Origin: Nitrospirota bacterium
Lineage (GTDB): Bacteria > Nitrospirota > UBA9217
Reading direction: 5' to 3'
DNA: 64,000 bases
Assembly: GCA_963790205.1 (NCBI GenBank)
Contig: CAWBNQ010000003.1
Span: 416,001-480,000 of the forward strand
Below, piece after piece: positions 19,503-30,230 of the stretch. The translations under genes were made by a program, and so were the position numbers. Position 1 is the first letter of the stretch. Every line of letters starts with the position of its first letter. The notes under the pieces are model-generated. The model did no database searches. It was not told the origin of the DNA and worked only from the letters and a program-made list of their open reading frames with translations.

Positions 19503-20300
19503 TCATTTAATCAGTCCGGGACTATTCTTCCCCATGACGGTGACCATCCTCTTTCTGCTCATCAGCCGCGAGCTCAGGAACGTAAGAAAGCGGTACAAGG
19601 GGCCGCTGACGATCGACGGGGTTTTTCGCGCGGCGAGTGCGGCGAGCGCTTCCTTCACTACGGTTTCTGGAGGGTAGTTCTTGCCGGCCGTGCTCTTTTT
19701 GATCCTGCCTCCCGTTGCCACGGCATGGAAGTTCGTGTCTGTTATACCCGGGAGCACGGCCAGGACGTACACGCCCCGGTCCTTGTGCTCGAACCACAGC
19801 GACTCGGTGAAGTTCGTCACAAAGGCCTTGGTGCCGGCATACACGGCCCCTCCCGGATATGTCAGGAGCGACAGCGCGGACGAGATGTTAATCAACGCAT
19901 CCCCGGATACGGCCTTTTTCAGGAACGCATGGGAAAGACGGACCAGGGCGTTCATATTCACGGCCATGAGCTGCTCCAGCCGGTTCATGGGGATCTCGGT
20001 AAAGCGTCCGTAAATGCCGTAGCCAGCGTTGTTCACGAGCAGCGAATATCCTGTTTTTTCTATGTCTTCAACAACACGCTGGAGCTGTGCGGGGTCTCCC
20101 AGGTCCGCGACCAGCACGCGATGGCCGGGACCCAGCTCTTTGGTCAGGCTTTCGAGCTTTTCTTTGGACCGGGCGACACAGGTGAGGAGATACCCGCTCT
20201 TTGCCAGCTCCCGGGCAAAGACTTCCCCGATGCCGCTGCTTGCTCCGGTGACGAGCGCTGTTTTGTTCTTCCTGTTTTCGGACTCCGATTTCGTTGTCAT
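19503..20300 (-). CDS. Short-chain dehydrogenase/reductase
   Basis: TGASSGIG, NNAG, YAGTK. Confidence 0.93.
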   Translation of the reverse strand: MTTKSESENRKNKTALVTGASSGIGEVFARELAKSGYLLTCVARSKEKLESLTKELGPGHRVLVADLGDPAQLQRVVEDIEKTGYSLLVNNAGYGIYGRFTEIPMNRLEQLMAVNMNALVRLSHAFLKKAVSGDALINISSALSLLTYPGGAVYAGTKAFVTNFTESLWFEHKDRGVYVLAVLPGITDTNFHAVATGGRIKKSTAGKNYPPETVVKEALAALAARKTPSIVSGPLYRFLTFLSSRLMSRKRMVTVMGKNSPGLIK

Positions 20301-20515
20301 CGAAGTATCTCCCTGTACACACCGTATTGCACAAATTCAAGATGTTCTATGCTATGAGGTTGTAGCGTGCAGACGCAAACCGAGTGTCTTAACAACCTTG
20401 AGCACGTGGCAAATTCCGGATTGCCTTTCAAAGAGAGCGCCTTGTAAAGACTGACGCGTCCATGCCGCGCCTTTTTCAGTATTCCAGACGAATATATTCT
20501 TGATTCACGGCAATG

Positions 20516-20739
20516 TCAACGATAACGATGGAATATTTTAAGTGGAGATCTTACCCCTTGTTGCTGTTCCGAAAAATCTATCCGTTCCCGGGAAGTCTGC
20601 AAAATATCGCCGTCAAACGCCGGGTCACTCAGGATCTGTGTAACAAATGTCGGGGCTACGTTGTTGTGGTCATGGCCACACCCTGTCAGGGCCAGGATTA
20701 TGAACATCATTATTATTGCTGCTAGGAATGTCTTTTCAT
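20516..20739 (-). pseudogene. Truncated lipoprotein with frameshift at its start
   Basis: Adding one A after ATG gives MKKTFLAAIIMMFIILALTGC; frame ends soon after. Confidence 0.5.
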
Positions 20740-21160
20740 GGCTACCTTCCTTTTTTTTCATTCCTGACCGCAAGACCGCCCTGCTGTTAAAGAGAGTTTG
20801 TATTAAGTTTACCATACCGCTGACAGACCAACGAAGACCGGTATAAAAAAGCTCACTGAAAAAATCATGAAGGTAATCAAAGCGTCAGTTTCGGGAGGGA
20901 ACGTGTAGTCTTGTTCCTCGTATCGAAGGTGCAACATTCAGGAGGAAGCAGCCCGCATAGTCAAGAGATGAGGTGGAATTACGGCGGCAGCGGGGGTTTC
21001 TTTCGGAACTCGACACCTTTGGCGAGATGTCAGCGACCTGGATCATCAGGTGGACCTCTTTTTTTGTAATCAGTTCTGTTGTTGATTTTTTTGAACTTTC
21101 CGTGATATAGTTCTTATAAGCGTAAAAAACAGGAAGTTCGTATGGTACGGAGGTGTTACG

Positions 21161-22243
21161 ATGAAAGAGCAGGATGAACTTGGAATTGCAGTAAACTTTT
21201 GGCGCAGGGGCCGGTTTGCAGCCCGGGCGCGGCTTTCTTTATTTGTTTTGCTTTTGCTTGCAGTAGTCATGCTGGCCGCACCAGTCTCATCACCCGCAGA
21301 GGTCTCCATAGGCGTGTCAGTTACGTTTGGCCCGCCGGCTCTTCCCGTTTACGTTCAGCCCCCTTGCCCTGACCCCGGCTTTATCTGGGTACCGGGCTAC
21401 TGGGCCTGGGACCCGGATTACGGCTACTACTGGGTGCCCGGCATGTGGGTGCTGACACCCTTCGCCGGCGCGCTCTGGACCCCGGGCTATTGGGCATGGA
21501 GCGACGGCGTGTATGTCTGGTACGACGGCTATTGGGGACCGGTGGTAGGCTATTACGGCGGCATTAACTATGGCTATGGCTACACCGGTTACGGCTACCA
21601 GGGCGGCTATTGGAGCGGCAACAGGTTCTATTACAACCGCACGGTAAATAACATCAACGTAACGAACATCACGACCGTTTACAGCAGAACTGTCAGCAAC
21701 GTGCGCCCGAGCGGCGCCAGTTTCAACGGCCCGGGCGGCACCACCGTTCGCCCCACTTCTGAACAGCGGGCCGCGGCCCGCCAGCGACGTGCTTCGCTCA
21801 CCAGCGCACAAAAGCAGCAGATGCGGGTTGCCCGGGCCGACCCAAAGCAGCGGGCGACGGTAAACCGCGGCCGCCCGGCCATTGCCGCCACGATGAAGCC
21901 TGGCGTATTCACCGGTCATGGCGTCGTAGGCGCCAGCCGGGCGGGAGCCCCATACAAGGCGCCGTCGCGCGGAAGGGCTGCGCCCGGCGAACGTGTTCGA
22001 ACTCCGAGGCCCGGCGCTGAAATGCGTCCTGAACGCATGGCACCGGGAACTCAACGGGGAGGGCCTGAACGACGGCTCAACGAGCCTCGCCAAATGCGTC
22101 CTGAACGCATGGCACCTGAAACTCAACGGGGAGGGCCTGAGCGGCGATACAACGAGCCCCGCCCCGCGCCGCGGCGACCGGAGACAACAAAACCGGCGCC
22201 GCCGAGGAGAGAGGACAAAGAGGAAAGGGAAGGACCGCGATAG
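21161..22243 (+). CDS. Secreted YXWGXW (WXXGXW) repeat protein with Arg/Pro-rich tail
   Basis: GGAGG RBS, signal-like segment, WVPGYW/WVPGMW/WTPGYW/WYDGYW repeats. Confidence 0.88.
   Translation: MKEQDELGIAVNFWRRGRFAARARLSLFVLLLLAVVMLAAPVSSPAEVSIGVSVTFGPPALPVYVQPPCPDPGFIWVPGYWAWDPDYGYYWVPGMWVLTPFAGALWTPGYWAWSDGVYVWYDGYWGPVVGYYGGINYGYGYTGYGYQGGYWSGNRFYYNRTVNNINVTNITTVYSRTVSNVRPSGASFNGPGGTTVRPTSEQRAAARQRRASLTSAQKQQMRVARADPKQRATVNRGRPAIAATMKPGVFTGHGVVGASRAGAPYKAPSRGRAAPGERVRTPRPGAEMRPERMAPGTQRGGPERRLNEPRQMRPERMAPETQRGGPERRYNEPRPAPRRPETTKPAPPRREDKEEREGPR
22020..22163 (+). repeat. Two tandem 72-bp in-frame units
   Basis: AAATGCGTCCTGAACGCATGGCACC at 22020 and 22092. Confidence 0.9.
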
Positions 22244-22421
22244 GGGAACTTTGGGACCTCCTGTCACAAGAATTTAGTTTCGCTATAAACTTATTCTTGG
22301 CAGGAGGTCCTAAATTTTTAAAAGACCCGACCAGTAAACAGCTTCAGACCTACCCGCTGCTCCTGCTTACCGTCCTGTTCAAGCGCCTCGTTAGGCCGTC
22401 TTTTCATTTAGCCGGGCGGGT

Positions 22422-23072
22422 TTATCCTTTTGCAACAAGGCGCTGCCCCAGATCAAAGGCTTTCCGGCAGTCGGCCGGGAATATTTCTTGACGTCTCAAA
22501 GCCTTCTTCTCAGGATCAAAATGCTCCATGACGACCTTTGAATAGTCAGGGAACTGATAGGTGTCATAGGAGCACAATGTTTCGGCCTCGCCAAAGATCA
22601 TCGTTAAAGATGCTTCCGTGGCGCTCATCATTGTCCGGTAGCCGCGCTGCACGCTCATTTCCTCGGAAACGTTCATCGTATAGATCATCGCTGTCCGCAC
22701 TGTGCGCGGAAAGAGGGATCGTGGAGGCTGGGAATACACAAGGGGGGCGAAGAGAAGGCGTTCCATGCATGATCGCATCTCTCCGGACATCGACCCGAAG
22801 TATACCGGAGTTCCCAGCACCACTGCGTCGGCCTGGTCCTCGATCATTTTTAAAACGGGGGTGAGTTCATCTTTCACGGCGCATCGTCCCTTGTTGGGCG
22901 AGTCGATCAATTTACAGGCGAAACAACTCGTGCAGCCTTTGAAGGTGAGATCGTAGAGATGGATCAGCTCGGTTTTCGCTCCGGCGGCCTGCGCCCCTTC
23001 AATTGTTTTTTTCAGCAGCGTTGCGGTATTCCAGCTCTTTCTCGGGCTGCCGTTGATGGCGATCAGTTTCAC
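22422..23072 (-). CDS. Iron-sulfur flavoprotein / flavodoxin family
   Basis: INGSPRKSWNT, CTSCFAC, GTPVYFG. Confidence 0.88.
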   Translation of the reverse strand: MKLIAINGSPRKSWNTATLLKKTIEGAQAAGAKTELIHLYDLTFKGCTSCFACKLIDSPNKGRCAVKDELTPVLKMIEDQADAVVLGTPVYFGSMSGEMRSCMERLLFAPLVYSQPPRSLFPRTVRTAMIYTMNVSEEMSVQRGYRTMMSATEASLTMIFGEAETLCSYDTYQFPDYSKVVMEHFDPEKKALRRQEIFPADCRKAFDLGQRLVAKG

Positions 23073-23088
23073 GCTAGGTACTTTCCTC

Positions 23089-24156
23089 TCATCGCAGCGT
23101 AATGGCTTTCTCGGGACACATCTCCTGGCAGCAAAAACACGCTATGCAAATATCGGCATTCACCCGGGGAATATTCCCGACCATCGATAAAGCCGATACC
23201 GGGCAATGATCAACGCACGTGCCGCAGCTCGTGCACTTTTCCGGGTCCGCCTGGGGGCGAAGGAGCGCCCGCCCCTGGATCAGGGACTGCATGGTCTCGT
23301 TGCGCATTATTGCTTCGCCGCCCAGCGGGGGGAGTTTGAAATCAGGCAGCCGTTTCAACTCCCCGATGATTTCTATCGTGCTGAGGTCGTAGTCGCCCAG
23401 GCCCGCCTCTTTCGCCTTCTGAAGGAAACGCAGCCGCCCCGGATCGCATCCCATCATGGTCGCAATGACGGAGTCAACGGCAACAGCATTGTCAGAGGCG
23501 AGGACCACGCCGATATTTCTGAGGTCAGGCGAGGCCGGCCCGTTGCCTTCCATCCCGACCACGGCGTCGACAATGAACAGGTCCGGCACCCTGAGCCTGA
23601 ATACCTCTACTATCATTTCATTAAAATCCGCAGGGCTGCCGGCAGCCTTGTGCAGCATGGCTTTCTGGGCGCCGGGCAAGAGACCGTAGCTGTTCTTGAT
23701 CGCTCCGGTCAAGACGGTCAGGCCGTGGGTTTTGAATTTCGGCAGACTGATGACGATATCCGCCTCCAGCACGTCTAGCGAGACGCTGACAAAGGGCATA
23801 TATCTGGGGTTGAAGGCGACCTTTCTAGAATCATTTCCGATGTTCTTATAATGGCCTTTGGCCGCTTCCATCAGGCCGGTTCTGGAGAAGCTCTCCTCAT
23901 TTGCGCCGTAACTGACCAGGCCCGGATTGTCTCCCACGATCAGGGAGGCGGGGCCCATTGTTTCCACCTTTTCCACAACAGCGCGAAGCACGGCGGGATT
24001 GGTGACGATGCCTTCTTTTGATTCCGAGCTTCGAAGCACGTTGGGTTTTATCAGGACCTTCTTCCTCGATAGGGCGACGGGAAAGAGTTCAAATGCCCGG
24101 TCTACGGCCTTGCGAACATTCTCATAACCGGCGGGATGGATCATGACCTTTGACAT
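23089..24156 (-). CDS. DUF362 protein with 2x[4Fe-4S] domain
   Basis: VLIKPN, PKFKTH, GAIKN, GMEGNGP; CTSCGTCVDHCP and CIACFCCQEMCP. Confidence 0.9.
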   Translation of the reverse strand: MSKVMIHPAGYENVRKAVDRAFELFPVALSRKKVLIKPNVLRSSESKEGIVTNPAVLRAVVEKVETMGPASLIVGDNPGLVSYGANEESFSRTGLMEAAKGHYKNIGNDSRKVAFNPRYMPFVSVSLDVLEADIVISLPKFKTHGLTVLTGAIKNSYGLLPGAQKAMLHKAAGSPADFNEMIVEVFRLRVPDLFIVDAVVGMEGNGPASPDLRNIGVVLASDNAVAVDSVIATMMGCDPGRLRFLQKAKEAGLGDYDLSTIEIIGELKRLPDFKLPPLGGEAIMRNETMQSLIQGRALLRPQADPEKCTSCGTCVDHCPVSALSMVGNIPRVNADICIACFCCQEMCPEKAITLR

Positions 24157-24417
24157 GCCTTTGTTCTCCCATGAAAGAAAATTCTGAAAAAAATGTGCGG
24201 TGAATATACCCCTGCAACGATCCATGACCGCGATCCGAAGGCCACCAACGAGTGATTGAACGACCCGATCACCTAGGGGCTTCAGCCGCTGCTTTCATTT
24301 GGCTCCGGAACACTCGCTTCCGAAACCTCTTTCCGTGGAGAAACTACGAAGCCGGGCATGCGGTGATCACTTTGCCGGCAGCTCGGGCCCCTGAAAGAAC
24401 GGACCGTTGCCGATTCA

Positions 24418-24894
24418 TTACATATGGTGCTCATGGCCCATGGGCATTGCGCCGGCCCCCTGGAGCGTGAGCAACAGCTGCTTTTCTCCCGATTTCCGGA
24501 AGACCAGGGTCACGTTGAATTTCGAGCCTGCTTTCATGGTCTTCGGCATGTCCTCGATCATGATGTGGCTGCCGCCCATCTTAAATTCCAGATCGTTTTT
24601 CGCGCGGACCTCCACCGTGTCCACATTCACCATGCGCTCGCCCTGCATGATATGGAACACGACCTTCGCTCCCGGGATGTCGGTCTTTACCCCCGTAAGA
24701 ACATCCGGTCCGCCCTGGTTCCTGATCGTCATGGTCACCATGGCTTCTCCCACGATAGCGGGAGATAGTTCTGCGTTGGCCCCGTCGATGCTGACCTGCG
24801 GCGGGCCGCTTTGGCAGGCGGCAAGGGTCGCGGCAGCCGCGACCAGGGATATTGCCAGGAGTCCGAACTGCTTCCTAATTCCAAGTGCTTTCAT
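24418..24894 (-). CDS. PCu(A)C-type copper chaperone lipoprotein
   Basis: Lipobox LAAC; H...M...GGSHIM; Met/His-rich tail. Confidence 0.8.
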   Translation of the reverse strand: MKALGIRKQFGLLAISLVAAAATLAACQSGPPQVSIDGANAELSPAIVGEAMVTMTIRNQGGPDVLTGVKTDIPGAKVVFHIMQGERMVNVDTVEVRAKNDLEFKMGGSHIMIEDMPKTMKAGSKFNVTLVFRKSGEKQLLLTLQGAGAMPMGHEHHM

Positions 24895-25024
24895 GATACC
24901 TCCTTTATAAGTCCTCAGTGTGAGGAATATTGTTTACATCCCGATCAATGTTCACTGCGCAATGATAGCATAAAAATGCGGTTATGAAAAGCAAAAGGCC
25001 CGCCGACGTACGTACTTCGTCTGA

Positions 25025-26017
<993 letters not shown>

Positions 26018-26070
26018 CGACGGGGTTCGGAGTAGGAAATAAGGACAATTGCGGACATGCAAAACTTATT

Positions 26071-26160
26071 ACCGCAGAGGACGCAGAGAGCGCTGAGAAA
26101 GAATTCAAGATTAAAAATTTGAGATTTTGAACTCTGCGAGCTCCGCGTGCTCCGCGCGAG
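26071..26160. repeat. Palindromic ACCGCAGAG-type intergenic element
   Basis: ACCGCAGAGGACGCAGAGAGCGCTGAG ... CTCTGCGAGCTCCGCGTGCTCCGCG; relatives at 27627-27798, 29345-29400, 7368-7456, 52090-52192. Confidence 0.7.
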
Positions 26161-26193
26161 AGACGCCTTTTGTTTCCGGTTGAGGAGAATTTT

Positions 26194-27621
26194 ATGACTA
26201 CAAAGATCAAAGACACGCAGAAAATGATCGAAGAGGTCCTGTCAGCGTACCCGGAGAAGTCGAAGAAGGAGCGGGCCAAGCACCTTGCGGCCAACGATCC
26301 AACGGGGAGTTGCAGCACCTGCCAAGTGAAGTCGAACGTAAAGTCCCGGCCCGGCGTCATGACGGTGCGCGGGTGCGCGTACGCGGGGGCCAAGGGCGTG
26401 GTGTGGGGGCCGGTGAAGGACCAGATCACGATCAGCCACGGTCCCATCGGCTGCGGCCAGTACTCCTGGTGGTCGCGGCGGAACTACTACAACGGCCAGA
26501 CCGGGATCGACGCCTTCGGCACCATGCACATCACCACGGACTTCCAGGAAAAGAACATCGTCTACGGCGGCGACAAGGGGCTCGAAGCAGCGATCAAGGA
26601 ACTGCACGGGCTTTTCCCGCTCGGCCGCGGCATCGGCATCCTGTCCGAGTGCCCGGTGGGCTTGATCGGCGACGACATCGAAGCGGTCTCGAAGCGCGCG
26701 GCAAAGGAGATCAACATCCCGATCGTGCCGGTGCGGTGCGAGGGCTTCCGCGGGGTGTCCCAGTCCCTGGGCCATCACATTGCGAACGATACCATCAAGG
26801 ATTATGCGCTCGGCAAGGGCGAACTGAAGGAGACCACAGCCTACGACGTGAACCTGATCGGCGACTACAACATCGGCGGCGACGCCTGGGCCTCGCGCAA
26901 GATACTCGAAGAGATGGGGCTTCGCGTCATTGCCCAGTATACGGGAGACTCGACGATCAACGAGCTCGGCATTGCGACCAAGGCCAAATTGAACCTGATC
27001 CACTGCTACCGGTCAATGAACTATATCTGCCGGCACATGGAAGAGGCCTACAACATTCCGTGGATGGAGTTCAATTTCTTCGGTCCCACGAAGACCTTCG
27101 AGAGCATAAGAAAGATCGCCGCCAAGTTCGACGAGAAGATCCAGAAGAACGCCGAGGCGGTGATCGCCAAGTACAAACCGCTCATGGACAAGGTCGCGGC
27201 GCAGTACCGGCCCAAGCTCGAGGGCAAGAAGGTGATGCTCTACGTCGGCGGTCTCCGGCCCCGCCACACCATCGGCGCCTACGAGGACCTCGGCATGGAA
27301 GTTGTTGCTTCCGGCTACGAGTTCGGCCACAGCGACGACTACAAGCGCACCTATCCGGAAATGAAGGAAGGCGCGGTGATCATGGATGACGCGACCCTGT
27401 ATGAGCTGGAAGAGTTCACCCGCAGGCTGAAGCCGGACATGGTCGGCTCGGGCATCAAGGAAAAGTATTCCTACCACAAGCTGGGCGTGCCGTTCCGGCA
27501 GATGCACTCCTGGGACTACTCGGGCCCGTACCACGGCTTCGACGGGTTCCCGGTCTTCGCCCGGGACATGGACATGACGGTGAACAGCCCGACGTGGGAT
27601 TTGATCCGAAGGAAGAAATAA
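26194..27621 (+). CDS. nifD: Nitrogenase MoFe protein alpha chain
   Basis: [39 protein letters not shown]. Confidence 0.97.
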   Translation: MTTKIKDTQKMIEEVLSAYPEKSKKERAKHLAANDPTGSCSTCQVKSNVKSRPGVMTVRGCAYAGAKGVVWGPVKDQITISHGPIGCGQYSWWSRRNYYNGQTGIDAFGTMHITTDFQEKNIVYGGDKGLEAAIKELHGLFPLGRGIGILSECPVGLIGDDIEAVSKRAAKEINIPIVPVRCEGFRGVSQSLGHHIANDTIKDYALGKGELKETTAYDVNLIGDYNIGGDAWASRKILEEMGLRVIAQYTGDSTINELGIATKAKLNLIHCYRSMNYICRHMEEAYNIPWMEFNFFGPTKTFESIRKIAAKFDEKIQKNAEAVIAKYKPLMDKVAAQYRPKLEGKKVMLYVGGLRPRHTIGAYEDLGMEVVASGYEFGHSDDYKRTYPEMKEGAVIMDDATLYELEEFTRRLKPDMVGSGIKEKYSYHKLGVPFRQMHSWDYSGPYHGFDGFPVFARDMDMTVNSPTWDLIRRKK

Positions 27622-27691
27622 AATTTACCGCAGAGACGCAGAGGCACGGAGAAAGACGATTTAAATTATTAAAAAAGCTAACCTTAATCCG

Positions 27692-27764
27692 GTCATTCCG
27701 GGCTTGACCCGGAATCCAAAGACTTTTATGAGGGATACCGGATTCCCGCTTTCGCGGGAATGAC
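27692..27764. repeat. GTCATTCC-type REP-like doublet nested in the 27627-27798 palindrome
   Basis: GTCATTCCGGGCTTGACCCGGAATCC ... GGATTCCCGCTTTCGCGGGAATGAC; half copy near 48800. Confidence 0.75.
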
Positions 27765-27820
27765 GAATTTCTTCTCCGTGACTCAGTGCCTCCGTGGCTG
27801 AAAAAAGTTTGGAGGATATC

Positions 27821-29326
27821 ATGAAAATCAGAGACCATAGCGAACTGTTCAAACAGCAGGATTATAAAGACCAGTTCGAGCGCAAGAAGGAGTTCGAGAA
27901 CTGCTGGCCTCCGGAGAAGGTGAAGGAGGTCTCGGAATGGACCAAGACCGAGGAGTACAAGGAGCTCAACTTCAAGCGGGAGAACGTCAAGATCAATCCC
28001 GCCAAGGCCTGCCAGCCCCTGGGCGCGGTGTTCTGCGCTTCGGGTTTTGAAGGCTCCATGCCCTTCGTGCAGGGCGCCCAGGGTTGCGTGGCATATTTCC
28101 GGAGCCACCTCTCCCGGCACTTTAAAGAACCTTTTGCCGCGATCTCGACATCGATGACGGAAGATGCTGCCGTATTCGGCGGTCTGAACAATATGCTCGA
28201 AGGCCTGGAGAACGCCTATACTCTGTACAAGCCGAAGATGATCGCGGTCTCAACGACCTGCATGGCGGAGGTGATCGGCGACGACCTGAACGCCTACATC
28301 AAGACCGCGAAGGAGAAGGGCGTCGTGCCCCAGGACCTGCTCATCCCGTTCGCGAACACGCCGAGCTTTGTGGGCTCGCACATCGTGGGCTACGACAATA
28401 TGATGAGGGGGATACTGAAGGCGCTCTGGGCAGGCAGGAAAGGCGAAGCGAACGGGAAGATCAACATCATCCCGGGCTTCGACACCTATACCGGCAACTA
28501 CCACGAGATCAAACGGCTGATGAGCCTGATGGGCATTGAGGCAACGGTGCTCGCGGACGTGAGCGATACCTTCGATTTCCCGAACACGGGCGAGTACAAA
28601 CTCTACCCCGGCGGGACCCCGATCTCCGATGCAAGGGAGGGGGTGAACGCCCTGGCCACGGTCGCGCTTCAGAAGTATTCGACCGCGAAGACCCTGGATT
28701 ACGTCCAGAAGGAGTGGGGCCAGAAGACGCTCACGCTTTCGCCCATCGGCATCAGGAACACCGACGCGTTCTTTGCGGAGCTCTCCAAGCTCACGGGGAA
28801 GCCTATCCCGGCGGAGGTGGAAGCGGAACGCGGCAGGGTCGTGGACGCCATGGTGGACTCCCACCCCTATGTTCACGGCAAGCGGTTCGCCCTGGTCGGC
28901 GACCCGGACATCCTGCTCGGCATGATGGGCCTCATCATGGAGATGGGCGGAGAGCCGGTGCACATCGTTTGTACGAACGGCGACAAGCATTTCGAGGCAG
29001 AGGCGAAGGAGCTCCTGGCATCAAGTCCCTTTGGCGCTCAGGGTACGGTGTACATCGGCAAGGACATGTGGCATCTTCGCTCGCTGCTGTTCACCGATCC
29101 CGTGGACGTCCTGATCGGCAACTCCTATGCAAAGTTCCTGACGCAGGACACGGGAACGCCGCTGGTCCGCATCGGGTTCCCGCTCTTCGACCGGCACCAT
29201 TTGCACCGCCAGCCGATCATCGGGTACCAGGGCGCATTGAACCTGGTGACCATGCTGGTGAACACGGTACTTGACGAACTGGACAGGAAGACCGAGGGTT
29301 CGGCGAGCTTTGATGTGATCAGATAA
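27821..29326 (+). CDS. nifK: Nitrogenase MoFe protein beta chain
   Basis: INPAKACQPLG, GAQGCVAYF, TTCMAEVIGDD, RIGFPLFDR; GGAGG RBS. Confidence 0.97.
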   Translation: MKIRDHSELFKQQDYKDQFERKKEFENCWPPEKVKEVSEWTKTEEYKELNFKRENVKINPAKACQPLGAVFCASGFEGSMPFVQGAQGCVAYFRSHLSRHFKEPFAAISTSMTEDAAVFGGLNNMLEGLENAYTLYKPKMIAVSTTCMAEVIGDDLNAYIKTAKEKGVVPQDLLIPFANTPSFVGSHIVGYDNMMRGILKALWAGRKGEANGKINIIPGFDTYTGNYHEIKRLMSLMGIEATVLADVSDTFDFPNTGEYKLYPGGTPISDAREGVNALATVALQKYSTAKTLDYVQKEWGQKTLTLSPIGIRNTDAFFAELSKLTGKPIPAEVEAERGRVVDAMVDSHPYVHGKRFALVGDPDILLGMMGLIMEMGGEPVHIVCTNGDKHFEAEAKELLASSPFGAQGTVYIGKDMWHLRSLLFTDPVDVLIGNSYAKFLTQDTGTPLVRIGFPLFDRHHLHRQPIIGYQGALNLVTMLVNTVLDELDRKTEGSASFDVIR

Positions 29327-29430
29327 GGGCAAAATAAAGGACTTGCCGCAAAGGCACTAAGACGCTAAAAAAAACTTTGAGACTTCACGCCTTCGTGGTG
29401 AGCAGTTGATAGCAATCAGGGTGATTCTCC

Positions 29431-30171
29431 ATGCACGACATCGTAATTATCGGCATATGCTTCTTTTTCATCGCGCTTCTGTATTCCACGGTCGGGCACG
29501 CGGGGGCCTCGGGCTATCTGGCGACGATGGCGCTTCTTTCGTTCTCGCCCGCCGTGATGAAGCCGACCGCGCTTATGCTCAACATCATCGTTGCCTTGGT
29601 CACGACCGTCCGGTTCGCCAAGGCCGGATATTTTTCCTGGCGGTTGTTCTGGCCCTTTGCCTTGGCGTCGGTCCCCATGGCGTACCTGGGCGGCGGAATG
29701 CACGTAGACACGACGATATATAAAATGCTCGTGGGCATTGCGCTGGTGTTCGCCGCTCTCCATCTCATCCTCCGGAGCAAGGTCGCCCCGGATGATCCCG
29801 AACGAGCAACGTACCCGGGGATCGGCGCGTCGCTGGCGGTAGGAGGGGGCCTCGGGTTCCTTTCCGGCCTCACGGGGGTCGGCGGAGGCATATTTCTCAG
29901 CCCGGTCCTGATCATCCTGCATTGGGCGGGACTCCGGAGAACGGCAGCCGTGGCCGCGGCATTTATCCTCCTGAACTCGATCTCCGGCTTAACGGGATAT
30001 CTTCATAAGGGCGGAGCGTTTCCTGACCACCTTGCCTTCTGGTCCGTTGCCGTCGTTGCCGGCGGATACATCGGCTCGACGCTGGGGGCAACGAAGTTCA
30101 ACAGCCCTGTCTTGAGAGTATTGCTCGGCGTCATGCTTGTCATGGCGGGGTTTAAATTGGCTTTAATCTGA
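29431..30171 (+). CDS. TauE/SafE-family (TSUP) transporter
   Basis: YSTVGHAGASGY, SGLTGVGGGIFLSP, about eight TM segments. Confidence 0.88.
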   Translation: MHDIVIIGICFFFIALLYSTVGHAGASGYLATMALLSFSPAVMKPTALMLNIIVALVTTVRFAKAGYFSWRLFWPFALASVPMAYLGGGMHVDTTIYKMLVGIALVFAALHLILRSKVAPDDPERATYPGIGASLAVGGGLGFLSGLTGVGGGIFLSPVLIILHWAGLRRTAAVAAAFILLNSISGLTGYLHKGGAFPDHLAFWSVAVVAGGYIGSTLGATKFNSPVLRVLLGVMLVMAGFKLALI

Positions 30172-30230
30172 GCACAGAGTACGAAGTAAGAAGGAATAAA
30201 GTAAGAAGTTTAGACGGAGTGGGGTGTCTT

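Noticed and set aside
20880..21030. c-di-GMP-I riboswitch
   Set aside because: Only a GGCAGCGGGG-like 3' fragment; the GGCAAA..GAAA..GACGCAAAG core is missing
22020..22163. CRISPR-like repeat
   Set aside because: Two adjacent in-frame coding units with no spacers and no cas genes
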